Assembly: GCA_022711115.1 (NCBI GenBank)
Contig: JAKLFP010000006.1
Location: 86,214-150,213, forward strand
DNA length: 64,000 nucleotides
Reading direction: 5' to 3'
Source: Candidatus Omnitrophota bacterium
GTDB lineage: Bacteria > Omnitrophota > Omnitrophia > Omnitrophales > Aquincolibacteriaceae
Below, in pieces: positions 1-9,200 of this stretch. Positions within the stretch are counted from its first letter, which is position 1; the number at the start of each line of letters is the position of its first letter. The position numbers and the translations under genes were made by a program. Under the pieces are notes generated by a model that was not told the origin of the DNA, made no database searches, and saw nothing but the letters and a program-made list of their open reading frames with translations.

Positions 1-3000
1 TAAAGTGTTTGCGCCCAGTTGTTTTTCCAAACGGTTCATCAAAATATCCATGGGATCCAGAAGAGCGCTTTGATTTTTAACTTTTCCGGCCGTCTCTTTT
101 TCTATTTGGGCTTTCCTTCCCGCCAAGTTAATCGCTTCTTCCAGTCTCTGCAGACCCAGAACAAATTCATCCATACCCGGGAAAATAGGTTGGGCTTTAG
201 CTGCCTCCAGTTTGCTTTTTGATTTTTTCAGATCGTCTTTTGCTAAAGCGCCTTCGACACCTGCCAAGAAACTTTTTAAAATCTCATTCCGCCGCGTCCA
301 TTCCTGTATGTCCTGCCCGTTTCGGACAAATTTTCCGAGTGCTTCAAGTTCTGTTTCTGAAAGAAGCGAAACCATGGCTTCATAAATTCTTCCGGCTTCA
401 TAAAGTTTTTTCTTTTTGGAATCGACATCCTGCAAGGCGCCCCGCTCCTCCATAAGGGCAACCAGCATCTCAAGTTTTTCAAGTACTAGAAGCTCCTTCG
501 CGCTCTGTTCTTTTGATGTCGCGAGAAAAACCTCGGCGATTCGTTCAACGGACGCAAGATATTCCTGAGAAGTGACCCATGGCAAAATCGTTTGCCGAAA
601 ATTTGCGGCAGAAGTTGCCTTTTTTGTTTTCAACATTTGGATCGTTGCGGCAAGCCGCCCCGCCGCGCCGCCATGTCCGCTCAACGCATCCTCCCACGAA
701 GCTTTGAAAAGAGCGCTACGGCCTTCTTTTTCTTCAGAGAAACCTATTTGGATCCACTCATCCGCATTGGGCCATTGGCCGCTTGGATCGAAATATTCTT
801 TGAGAAAATCAAAAAATTTTGTCCGCACAGCGGAAAGCCGGGTTTCCTTCACGGTCCTTTGATCATCCAGGCCCATGCGCTTGAAAAAAGCCACATTAAG
901 CGCGATCAGAAAACGGTTCTTTTCTCCGGCGTCCGGAATGGCATCGAGATAACTCTGCATCTTCTCTGTCGCGGGAACCATATCGTCAAGAACCTTTTTT
1001 AGCGGTGGAAAAAGAGACGTCCCGCTGGAAAAACGGCCGAAATCTTTCTGAGTGATCAGTGCTTGTCTTGGGTTCTCCTGCATAGCAAGGAATAGACCGA
1101 GTACCGGCATATAGATTTCACGCATTTGTTCTGGAATCTCAAAAAGCCTTTGCCTTTCCGGGGGAACCTTGCCGAACTCCTTTTGAAGCCGTTCCAAAAG
1201 ACTTCGCTTGGGACGCGCCGCTTCTGACAAAGATTGGACGGTACGCGCGACCTGTTTATGAGCTTGTATCAAGGGGTAGAGCACTGAACGCAGTTCCGGA
1301 AAATCTTCGCGCAAGGCTTCATAGGCCTGCGCCGAATCTTGCGGGGTGCCCGTTTCAAGGGCTTTACGAAAATCAATCAGCCGTTGGAATTGAGCAAGCC
1401 GCACGTTTAGATCTTCCACGACACTTCTTAATTCACTGCGCGGCGTTTTAGTTTGCACCCATTGAAAAATAGCCTCCACGCTTTGGACAAAAGCATCTTG
1501 TGAACTTAAATCGAAAGACGGCGGGCTGTTCATTCTTTTTATTTCGCTAAGCTCGATAAGCCGGCGAACCTGTCCTTGATAAATCTCAAAAGCCTGGGTT
1601 AATTCCTTTAAAATTTTATTGGCATAATCAGCCGCCGCCAGATTTTTAATCTTTTGTTCGAGACCGGCCAGATTTTTTTGTTTTTCAAATTCACGAACCG
1701 CGCCATGCCAAGTCTTATAAAAAACGGGCGTTTCTCCGGCGTCCGGGGCATACTTCATCATGAAATCGTCCAACCGGTCTCTCAGCACTTCGCCATCGGA
1801 TGTTTTAAAGGCATCATTGGAATCCATTCCAAGAGAGGTCAAGAAGGCCAGATTGAGGGCAACATACAATTCCCTTGCGGTTTCCGGCTTCGCTTGAAAA
1901 CGCTTTAAGATTTCAGAAGATGCCTTCTCGATCCATGGGTTGATAATGCGGAATTTGGAGCGGAATGCATGCATGTCTTGTGGCTGCAACAGGAAAACAA
2001 CTTTTCCGCTTGTTTTATCGAGATAAGTCGCAAGGAGAAGTCCGAGAACAGGAAAAAAGTGATCGGCTATTGAAATGTATTCCGTGAAGAATCCCATCCG
2101 GCCTTCAAGACCGGAATAACTTTTTGCGGGATCCAATCCGAACTCCCGCATCAGATTTTCTTTGGAAGCTAGGGGTTTAAGCGCGCGGCGGATCTGTGTT
2201 TCGGCTTGATGAAATGCTTGCAGGATCTGTTGGGTAGAACCTGCGGGGATCGTTTCCGGAGAGTGGAGTTTAAAAACACGCCGCTCATACTGTAATTCTA
2301 CTTTCATATGGTCATAGGTGGCCTGTTTCTCTTCTTCGGTCCGGGTGATTTGATGTGAATAAGCAACAATGGCCGGGGAGTTTCGCCCATGCTGGCGCGA
2401 CTCCGGAAAAAGACGCCCGTGCAGGGCGACTTCGGTAAGGAGTTTTTTCAGAGTATCAAATTTTTCATCTGTGTTCATCCCTTCATGAAACGCATATTTT
2501 TGAACCTCCGTATCCGCATAGACCATATTGGGAATCTCCTGAATGTCAACGCTGGGAGAACGAAGCGGCGATTCCAAAAACGCTACGATGAGCTCCTTCA
2601 TGAAACTTGCTTTGCTTTCATGGCCATGGGCCTCTGCCGGGGGGTCGACGATAGGCTGGTTGAAAACCAGTTTTAAACGGGGCGGATAATGGATCAAAGG
2701 TGAGAACTCTTTGCCCAGAGGATCCGCCGGAACGGACGGAATAAACTGGATGTCTACCACGTTCTTCAAGGCACGTGCAATTTCATATTCGGAACGTAGC
2801 ACCGGTCGAAAACCAAGATTGAGCATGACCCACAGCAAGATGATATTGGCTGCTCTGGGACTGGGTGGTGTGAAGCGGGGTTTTTCTGACGATGGAAGCG
2901 ATTCCGGAAAAAGATTCAAGAGACGATAGGCGAGAAGTTCATTGTCCCGGAACGCGCTAACAGTCGTGATTTCATTCGGAGGCTTGGGTTTGTCGCCAAG

Positions 3001-6000
3001 AGACGGCACCTTCGGATCGATGTCCGTGTCCAAATTAGCCAGGATCCGCCGAACCTTGAAGGCATCCCGAAGAAGGACCCAGATGGGATGGTTTTGATCT
3101 GCTAAGAGCAAATTATATTTTTTTCTTGCCCCGACAAGAACATGCATTAACTGAACTAGATTTCCGGTCTTTCCTTTCGTAAGATACTCCTGATAGTACA
3201 ATTTTCTGGCCATTTCTTCTGTGGTAAAAAGATTTTTCCCCGCATTGAGCCGTTCCAGATCTTTGAGAACATATTGGAAAAAGATTCTATGTTGTTCTTG
3301 CAATTCAGGAACGTCATGAGGTGAAAGCGCCACACCCGGTCGCGAATCAATATCAAACAAGCTGATATCTTGAAGCAATTTCCGGTACTGCAAGCCTTCC
3401 TGAACCCGATTCAGTTGGTCCATGACATCGGGATTGATCCGAGAAACTTCTTGAGCTTCGACATGACCTTCGGCATCCATACTTAAATAGGAAATACCAT
3501 GGGGCTCCGAAGGAGCTTGGACGGCCATATGAATGCTTTTGTCGGCTCCAAAAACAAACCCGAAAATATGTTCAATGGTATTTTCTTTCGCATTCGACTG
3601 CGTTGTGATTTTAAGCACACCCGCGCCACTGACAGAAAACACATAAAAGTTTTGATCCGGGAAATCACTTCGAATCTCATTTATCCGCCTCTGGAGGGCT
3701 TTGGAATCCATCACGATTTTTCCGTTTGCCGCCGGAGCTTGCGACATTTTCGAAGAGCCTTCCCCGCTGCGCACTTCAGAACGTACAGGACCATCTGCTC
3801 GTGATTTTTCTACAGCCTTTGAAACAGCATAGATGACCGGCTCCCAGCTCACCTGACCCGCTTTATCTTCCAAGATGCTTGTTAGCTGGGTATGGACGTA
3901 ACTGCTTATCGCATTGTAATGAGGCCGGACTTCACCGCTGCGAACTCTTGCAACAAAAAACTCCACCCATTTTTGTCCGGAACCTTCGCCAAAAGCTTTA
4001 TCGATTTTTTCAAAAGAAGAACGCACCTCCGCTCGATGTATAGACCTATGTTTCGGTTGTAAGATTATCGCGGTCGCTCCCCCATCATAGAGTTGCTCAA
4101 TTTTTTTAGACGCATACCATTGGCCTTCAGGGTCGAGATGCTCAAGATATCGGCGATAGCGGTCTTGCAGCATTTGCCTGAAATAGGTATGCCTGCTGAT
4201 GGTGTTATCCCACAATGGAATATCCGCGTCCTTTTCGACAGAGCTTTTTTCCAACAGCAAATGGGATCTTAAACTATTAGCAATCACGGCCGCCTTGGGC
4301 AATTGGGTTAAAGAATGAAGCGACGCTGTGGTGATCCTGACTGCATTATCAAACGGGTCTCCTTCTTCACTCCCCCCCAGCGATAAAACTCCACTATTGA
4401 GAATAAGATCGAATTTTTTCCCATGAAAATATCCTTTCGTATCCATCAGGCGCGCATCACCGTTTCGGGCATCTATTCCATTTTCTCTTTTACCATTCCA
4501 TCCTCCGACCGTAAGGGTCGACATAGCGCCACCGGCTTTTTTCAGAATATCATTGAGGAAATTCTCAAACACTCCGTCCGAGCCAATCTCTAAAATGTTT
4601 TTGATGCCATAATGCCTGAGGAGAAAGAGCAGCCGGTCCTCGGGATCCGATGGAAGCTCACCGTCAAAATCGTGCTCAAGATGATAAAAAATCATTGCTA
4701 AAAGATGCACATAATTGAATCTGGGAAGCTCAAAGCCTTCTTCGCCTTTCTTAATCAGCAAAGCTCTTGCCAAATAGTAATATTTTTTGGTTTTTGAATC
4801 CGGGAATTCTACGTAATTGAGAGGAACGACAGTTTTCGAATCATAGCGTTGTTGCATGTCCGACTGCAGTTTCTGCCATAGAGTAGGTTCAACAATATTG
4901 GGATGCGAAATAATGGACTGGGATTCTTGCTTGTACATCTGTGCCACAACGGTTTTGGATTGATCGAAAATGGGAGTCAACTGACCTTCAAAAGGTAAAG
5001 TTGCATTTCTTATTTCGGAACGATCAAAGGTAAGGCCTTGATTTGCAACAGTGAGACCGTGCTCTTCCAGGACAAGGGGATCAAGTGAACGGAGTAAAGC
5101 GGCAAACGGATGGTCGGCATCACCGACCTCGCGAAGACCTGTATTCAAACCCTCCAAATATTGAGTCCCCATTGCTTCGCTGAGCTGTGACTGAATAGCG
5201 CCTAACCCCATGAGGAGTGTAGGTTGGCGAATCGTTGACCCTGCCAAGACCCGGTCTTTGATCTCATGCGCACGAAGCTTAAGACCGGGTCTTGATTGTT
5301 CGGTCATAAGCTTGAGATAGCACTTGCCGTCGATTTTTTTCGAAATCCTTGGCGTAACGCGTATAAAAGAAATCTGGTGATCCTTGAAATATTGCGAAAG
5401 CCCTTCCGAGTGAAAGCCCCCGGTTACGAGAACCGCGTTTGGTTGATTGAGTGATTTCATCCGCCGCAGCATTTTTTCGAACATAATTTTTTCGCGTGCT
5501 TCCGCCAGCTCATAGAATCGCAAAGCGTCCACTACCCTGTCTTGGACGGTTCCGTTCCCTGGCGGATTATGCTCAGCGTTCAAAAGACGGTTTTGATCGT
5601 TGCCCGCTGACCGTTTTTCTTTGATTGTTCGATATTCTTCCCTGCTTAGTTCCAGAGCAAAGAGCTTCTTCAACAACAAATAATCTTGGTAACGATGGAT
5701 CACTTCTTTTTCAAAAGTTGTCTTCCCGAGCTTCTCCAGAACTTTTTCATTAAGTTGTTCGATTTCCTTAAATAGATCCGTCGCTTGAAGTTCGCTGGAA
5801 AGAATCGCCACGCCTATCCGACGCGTAAGGTTGGGATAATCTTCGAAACGAAAACCTTTCGGGGCAACGATACTATAAAATTCTTCAAAAAAACTTCGGG
5901 ACTCAAGACTCGGGGCTGGGGACTTGACTAAAAACGTTTCAAAACCATCTGCCATGGTGCCCAGTTTATGATCTATGAGCCATTTTTTCAGTTTTTGTAT

Positions 6001-6942
6001 TTCAGATTCAACAAGGGACGAGTTCCGGGCAACAAGTTTCTGTAAATTTTGGATTTTAAAAAATCGAACTAGCATGGGCCATTCAATCTGATGGCGAGTA
6101 TCGTTAAAATCGTGCCCTAAATAATCACGGGCATATTTCTCAAGAAGCGTTAAATGCGAAAGGATATCCTTGCCGGCTTCTTCTTGAAAAATCCAGGCTT
6201 TAAAAAAATCTTTTAGCTCTTTATTCAGAACCTTCGAGCTCTGCACCATAATCTTTCGGCGCATCTCATTCAAAAAACGATCCGTTTCGTTCTTGTGGCC
6301 GTAAACATCTCGAAAGACTTCAAGGTTCTTGCGATAGAGCACTTCGTCTTCAACTCCATAGACCACAGACTGAAGACTGGCGACTGAAACTTTAAAGTCT
6401 TTGGCCTGACGTCTTTGGCCGGCAGTCTGTTTTGAAAGAAACCGCTCCACGCCGCCAACGAACCCGAGTTTCGTCAATGCATCGATATATTTTTGATTCA
6501 GTTTTTCATCTTTGAAAAAAGCAAGTCTTTCCGGTTTTAACTCTCCGAAGCCGCCTTCTAAAAGAATCGTGTCGAACCCGTAACGGTCCTTCAGATGATT
6601 GAGAATGCGTTCTGTCTTGATCTGTGCTTCCTCACTGCCGTGGGCATCTTCGATATGGACAACCAGACTGGAGACTGAAAATGGAAGACCGAAGCGAGAG
6701 GTATTGCCAATTTCGGGTTTATAAATCTCGTTGATGATACCGATTTCGGAAGGAATAGCGATTTGATCGACCAATGAGGAGATGCTAGTCTCTAGTCTCT
6801 GGTCTACAGTCTGTAGTCTTGGAATTGAAAGATCCGCAGGCGCAGCTTGGGTGATGGTGGTGGTGGTGAAAATAAATACAATGATTCCCGCCACCAAGCG
6901 AATAGGAAAAGAGAATCTGGCACTTTTCTCGACGAAGCGCAT
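1..6942 (-). CDS. Multi-module giant-family protein, paralog A (5' end complete, 3' end beyond the window, more than 2,314 aa)
   Basis: Absent from the ORF track because no stop codon lies inside the window. Manual reverse-strand translation starts at ATG 6942..6940, with an in-frame stop upstream at 6976-6978. It gives MRFVEKSARFSFPIRLVAGIIVFIFTTTTITQAAPADL... The frame has codon ends at multiples of 3, and no competing minus-strand ORF is listed in it. I spot-checked the frame at 6942-5200, 4495-4620, 3922-4035, 3769-3783, 1402-1443 and 870-920. The N-terminal ~640 aa align with the N-termini of 25993..61080 and 61396..63573 (VVHIEDAHGSEEAQ, ILLEGG, VLVTGGFHSEGL, SFIRVTP). In-frame junction motifs are RSEIR 5008-5022, RAEVR 4021-4035, RSEVR 3769-3783 and RSELR 1426-1440. 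Confidence 0.8.
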   Translation of the reverse strand, partial: MRFVEKSARFSFPIRLVAGIIVFIFTTTTITQAAPADLSIPRLQTVDQRLETSISSLVDQIAIPSEIGIINEIYKPEIGNTSRFGLPFSVSSLVVHIEDAHGSEEAQIKTERILNHLKDRYGFDTILLEGGFGELKPERLAFFKDEKLNQKYIDALTKLGFVGGVERFLSKQTAGQRRQAKDFKVSVASLQSVVYGVEDEVLYRKNLEVFRDVYGHKNETDRFLNEMRRKIMVQSSKVLNKELKDFFKAWIFQEEAGKDILSHLTLLEKYARDYLGHDFNDTRHQIEWPMLVRFFKIQNLQKLVARNSSLVESEIQKLKKWLIDHKLGTMADGFETFLVKSPAPSLESRSFFEEFYSIVAPKGFRFEDYPNLTRRIGVAILSSELQATDLFKEIEQLNEKVLEKLGKTTFEKEVIHRYQDYLLLKKLFALELSREEYRTIKEKRSAGNDQNRLLNAEHNPPGNGTVQDRVVDALRFYELAEAREKIMFEKMLRRMKSLNQPNAVLVTGGFHSEGLSQYFKDHQISFIRVTPRISKKIDGKCYLKLMTEQSRPGLKLRAHEIKDRVLAGSTIRQPTLLMGLGAIQSQLSEAMGTQYLEGLNTGLREVGDADHPFAALLRSLDPLVLEEHGLTVANQGLTFDRSEIRNATLPFEGQLTPIFDQSKTVVAQMYKQESQSIISHPNIVEPTLWQKLQSDMQQRYDSKTVVPLNYVEFPDSKTKKYYYLARALLIKKGEEGFELPRFNYVHLLAMIFYHLEHDFDGELPSDPEDRLLFLLRHYGIKNILEIGSDGVFENFLNDILKKAGGAMSTLTVGGWNGKRENGIDARNGDARLMDTKGYFHGKKFDLILNSGVLSLGGSEEGDPFDNAVRITTASLHSLTQLPKAAVIANSLRSHLLLEKSSVEKDADIPLWDNTISRHTYFRQMLQDRYRRYLEHLDPEGQWYASKKIEQLYDGGATAIILQPKHRSIHRAEVRSSFEKIDKAFGEGSGQKWVEFFVARVRSGEVRPHYNAISSYVHTQLTSILEDKAGQVSWEPVIYAVSKAVEKSRADGPVRSEVRSGEGSSKMSQAPAANGKIVMDSKALQRRINEIRSDFPDQNFYVFSVSGAGVLKITTQSNAKENTIEHIFGFVFGADKSIHMAVQAPSEPHGISYLSMDAEGHVEAQEVSRINPDVMDQLNRVQEGLQYRKLLQDISLFDIDSRPGVALSPHDVPELQEQHRIFFQYVLKDLERLNAGKNLFTTEEMARKLYYQEYLTKGKTGNLVQLMHVLVGARKKYNLLLADQNHPIWVLLRDAFKVRRILANLDTDIDPKVPSLGDKPKPPNEITTVSAFRDNELLAYRLLNLFPESLPSSEKPRFTPPSPRAANIILLWVMLNLGFRPVLRSEYEIARALKNVVDIQFIPSVPADPLGKEFSPLIHYPPRLKLVFNQPIVDPPAEAHGHESKASFMKELIVAFLESPLRSPSVDIQEIPNMVYADTEVQKYAFHEGMNTDEKFDTLKKLLTEVALHGRLFPESRQHGRNSPAIVAYSHQITRTEEEKQATYDHMKVELQYERRVFKLHSPETIPAGSTQQILQAFHQAETQIRRALKPLASKENLMREFGLDPAKSYSGLEGRMGFFTEYISIADHFFPVLGLLLATYLDKTSGKVVFLLQPQDMHAFRSKFRIINPWIEKASSEILKRFQAKPETARELYVALNLAFLTSLGMDSNDAFKTSDGEVLRDRLDDFMMKYAPDAGETPVFYKTWHGAVREFEKQKNLAGLEQKIKNLAAADYANKILKELTQAFEIYQGQVRRLIELSEIKRMNSPPSFDLSSQDAFVQSVEAIFQWVQTKTPRSELRSVVEDLNVRLAQFQRLIDFRKALETGTPQDSAQAYEALREDFPELRSVLYPLIQAHKQVARTVQSLSEAARPKRSLLERLQKEFGKVPPERQRLFEIPEQMREIYMPVLGLFLAMQENPRQALITQKDFGRFSSGTSLFPPLKKVLDDMVPATEKMQSYLDAIPDAGEKNRFLIALNVAFFKRMGLDDQRTVKETRLSAVRTKFFDFLKEYFDPSGQWPNADEWIQIGFSEEKEGRSALFKASWEDALSGHGGAAGRLAATIQMLKTKKATSAANFRQTILPWVTSQEYLASVERIAEVFLATSKEQSAKELLVLEKLEMLVALMEERGALQDVDSKKKKLYEAGRIYEAMVSLLSETELEALGKFVRNGQDIQEWTRRNEILKSFLAGVEGALAKDDLKKSKSKLEAAKAQPIFPGMDEFVLGLQRLEEAINLAGRKAQIEKETAGKVKNQSALLDPMDILMNRLEKQLGANTL
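5023..6942 (-). other. Paralog A N-terminal signal anchor plus conserved family domain (aa 1-640)
   Basis: Hydrophobic segment LVAGIIVFIFTTTTITQA near the N-terminus. Conserved blocks are shared with the other two paralogs. The domain ends exactly at the first RSEIR motif (5008-5022). Confidence 0.7.
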
Positions 6943-7163
6943 CTTCTTTTTTGTAACTCCAATGAGGCTTGGTATTTAGAGCATGTAAAAGTTAACACAT
7001 GTTTTTAAGTCTTACAATGGACTTATAAAATTTATTTATAAAATATAACAAGCTTTGGATAAAAAAAACTATCTTAAAATAGCATTATTATTCATAAAAT
7101 CAGCAACCTGCTACCTGGAGTTATTTATGAAATCCTTGTGATTTTTAACAATATTTTTGAGAC

Positions 7164-7191
7164 TTTACGATGATTTTTGTCATGCTATAAT
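7164..7191 (+). promoter_or_regulatory. Sigma70-like promoter candidate upstream of the peroxiredoxin remnant and sodB
   Basis: Extended -10 element TGcTATAAT (TG 7183-7184, TATAAT 7186-7191). A -35-like TTTACG/TTACGA sits at 7164-7170 with a 15-16 nt spacer, in an AT-rich intergenic region. Confidence 0.35.
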
Positions 7192-7226
7192 GCCTCTTCT
7201 TGAAATTGTAAAGGGGGACCTGAGCC

Positions 7227-7360
7227 ATGCTGCAGATCGGCGAAACCGTTCCTGATTTTGAAATACCATTCATTTAAATGGGAACGAAGTCTTTCCGGCA
7301 GGCTGGCAACCCGATAAAAGGATATTTAGACTTAACCAAGCTTTGGTTAAAAAAATATAA
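7227..7360 (+). pseudogene. Peroxiredoxin (AhpC/Prx-type) gene remnant with an internal deletion and frameshift
   Basis: ATG 7227 follows an AAGGGGGA RBS and encodes MLQIGETVPDFEIPFI*, a Prx-like N-terminus of the G-x-x-x-PDF type. A different frame from 7271 encodes HLNGNEVFPAGWQPDKRIFRLNQALVKKI*. That resembles the 2-Cys Prx C-terminus (HGEVCPAGWKPG) with Cys replaced by Phe. The ~150 aa catalytic core between the two pieces is missing. Confidence 0.45.
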
Positions 7361-7442
7361 AACCCAGCGATTAATTTCAGGCCATTGCGGTAGAAAACTT
7401 TTTACGGCTGTGTTTTTATCGCTTACAAAATGAGAGGTATTT

Positions 7443-8021
7443 ATGCCATTTTCACTTCCTGAACTCCCTTACGCCATGGACGCTCTCGCGCCTCACATCA
7501 GCAAGGAAACCCTCGAATACCATTATGGGAAGCACCATAATGCCTATGTCACGAATCTCAACAAACTTACGGAGGGAAAACCTGCGGCTGGAAAAACCCT
7601 TGAAGAATTGATCAAGACTGCCAAGGGACCTGTTTTCAATAATGCCGCCCAGGTTTGGAACCACACCTTTTATTGGAATTGTTTGAAAGCGAACGGCGGC
7701 GGCATTCCCACCGGGCCGGTAGCCGAAGCCATCAACGCTTCTTTCGGTAGTTTTGAAGAATTTAAAACTCTTTTTACAAATATGTCGGTCGGACTTTTTG
7801 GCTCAGGCTGGACATGGCTTGTCAAAGACAGCGACGGCTCTCTCGGCGTCGAAGCGCTCTCCAATGCCGGAAATCCGCTGACCAATGACCAGAAACCCCT
7901 TCTCACCTGCGATGTCTGGGAACATGCCTATTACATCGATTACCGGAATGAGCGCGCGAAATACGTGGAAACTTTCTGGAATTTGGTGAATTGGGATTTT
8001 GTGAATCAGCAACTCAGCTGA
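7443..8021 (+). CDS. sodB: Fe/Mn-family superoxide dismutase (Fe-type signature)
   Basis: 192 aa. Motifs: LPELPYAMDALAPHISKETLEYHYGKHH, AQVWNHTFYW and DVWEHAYYIDYRN (metal ligands). RBS GAGAGG at 7432-7437. Confidence 0.95.
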   Translation: MPFSLPELPYAMDALAPHISKETLEYHYGKHHNAYVTNLNKLTEGKPAAGKTLEELIKTAKGPVFNNAAQVWNHTFYWNCLKANGGGIPTGPVAEAINASFGSFEEFKTLFTNMSVGLFGSGWTWLVKDSDGSLGVEALSNAGNPLTNDQKPLLTCDVWEHAYYIDYRNERAKYVETFWNLVNWDFVNQQLS

Positions 8022-8049
8022 GTCTGCAGGCTGAAGACTAGAGACTTAA

Positions 8050-8086
8050 GACTAAAACTGTGAAAAGCTTCAGTTTGTAGTCTTTG
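8050..8086. terminator. Hairpin between convergent sodB and the TPR gene (possible bidirectional terminator)
   Basis: GACTAAAACTG (8050-8060) pairs with CAGTTTGTAGTC (8071-8082), with a one-nt bulge and a 10-nt loop. An outer GAAGAC/GTCTTC pair lies at 8033-8038 and 8087-8092. A short T-run follows on the plus strand. Confidence 0.35.
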
Positions 8087-8095
8087 GTCTTCCGG

Positions 8096-8590
8096 CTAAT
8101 TGAGCATGGATTCCATACGACTGATCGCTTTCGCCGCCAAAGTGTATTCCGTGTTTTGTTGAAGGGCATGACGATAAGCTTCAAGCGCCTTGCTCCAATC
8201 ACCCTGATGCTCCCAAACTCTTCCCAAGTTATACCACGCATAGAACCGACCGTCATAACGTTCCGCAGTGGTCGCCTTTTCAAGCCAGGGAAGCGCTTCC
8301 TGCCAACGGCCTGTTTCGATCAGATAGGCTCCGATATCGTTATAAGGATTCCCATATTGCGGATCAATCCGAATCGCTCTCTCGCATTCCCTGATGGCAT
8401 CCCCGTAACGGCCTTTGACACTGTAGGCCCATCCTAAAAAGGTATGTGCCTCAGCGGTCGGCTGAGAGGCTATGGATTGGAGATACAATGTGACGGCCTC
8501 GTCGACTTTTCCGGCCATTTGTTTTTCATAACCTTCCTGAAGATAGCGATTTGCGGTTTCTTGAGGGTTCGGGATATCGAAGTTTTCCAT
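8096..8590 (-). CDS. TPR-repeat protein
   Basis: The ORF track gives 8096..8662. I prefer the start MENFDIP at 8590, which lies 1 nt after the stop of the upstream gene. Repeated TPR-like A/Y/W..G patterns are present (AEAHTFLGWAYSVKGRYGDAIRECERAIRIDP, YNDIGAYLIETGRWQEALPWLEKA, WYNLGRVWEHQGDWSKALEAYRHAL). Confidence 0.8.
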   Translation of the reverse strand: MENFDIPNPQETANRYLQEGYEKQMAGKVDEAVTLYLQSIASQPTAEAHTFLGWAYSVKGRYGDAIRECERAIRIDPQYGNPYNDIGAYLIETGRWQEALPWLEKATTAERYDGRFYAWYNLGRVWEHQGDWSKALEAYRHALQQNTEYTLAAKAISRMESMLN

Positions 8591-8591
8591 A

Positions 8592-9200
8592 TTAAAATCG
8601 CATAAAAGGGTTGGTTTTCTTTTCGTGACCCATCGTTGACTCCTCAGCATCGCCATAGGCATGGCCTGGAAAAACCTTGAGAGTTTCTTTCAAACCGGCT
8701 AGTCGCTTCAAACTTTCCCGCATTTTCAGTTCACTGCCTCCCGGAAGGTCACAACGCCCGCAAGCCCCGACAAAAAGTGTGTCCCCGGTCACCAGCCTAT
8801 CCTCGACAAGAATACATTGAGATCCTTCCGTATGACCCGGCGTGTGTATCAATATCAACTCCACATTGCCGATCTTCAGCAGAAAGCCTTCATAAGTTTC
8901 CAGAAGACGCTCTTTGATATCCTTGAGATGCCTTGCCTCTTTTTCGTGGACATAGACAGGACCCGCTATTTTTTGAATAAGATCGTTGACGCCGTTGCAG
9001 TGATCAAAATGCGTATGCGTCAAGACTCCGGCCACAACCTTCATTCCATCTTTCTCGGCTTCGCTCAAAACCGCATCCACATCCCAGGCCGGATCAACCA
9101 CAACGCATTCTTTTTTGCTTTTGTCCCCGATCAAATAGCAAAAATTCTGCATATAGCCAACCGGTATTTGTTTAAAATAAAGATTGCCGCTGTTACTCAC
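8592..9200 (-). CDS. MBL-fold metallo-hydrolase (glyoxalase II-like)
   Basis: 202 aa with the HxHxDH motif (THTHFDHCNG), a later HTPGHT, and a downstream D/H ligand pattern. Confidence 0.85.
   Translation of the reverse strand: MSNSGNLYFKQIPVGYMQNFCYLIGDKSKKECVVVDPAWDVDAVLSEAEKDGMKVVAGVLTHTHFDHCNGVNDLIQKIAGPVYVHEKEARHLKDIKERLLETYEGFLLKIGNVELILIHTPGHTEGSQCILVEDRLVTGDTLFVGACGRCDLPGGSELKMRESLKRLAGLKETLKVFPGHAYGDAEESTMGHEKKTNPFMRF

Noticed and set aside
6350-8092. AGACT/AGTCT-rich strings at 6355-6420, 6785-6825 and 8030-8092 share short identities such as AGACTAGAGACT. They hinted at a dispersed repeat element.
   Set aside because: Only about 12 nt are shared exactly. Two of the three sites are inside the coding frame of paralog A. 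The third is adequately explained as a terminator hairpin. The evidence for a mobile or repeat family is insufficient.
8591-8662. The N-terminal extension of the TPR ORF (MPMAMLRSQRWVTKRKPTLLCDFN...) given in the track.
   Set aside because: It overlaps the 3' end of the MBL hydrolase gene by 71 nt. The internal Met at 8590 starts 1 nt after that gene's stop and precedes the first TPR unit.
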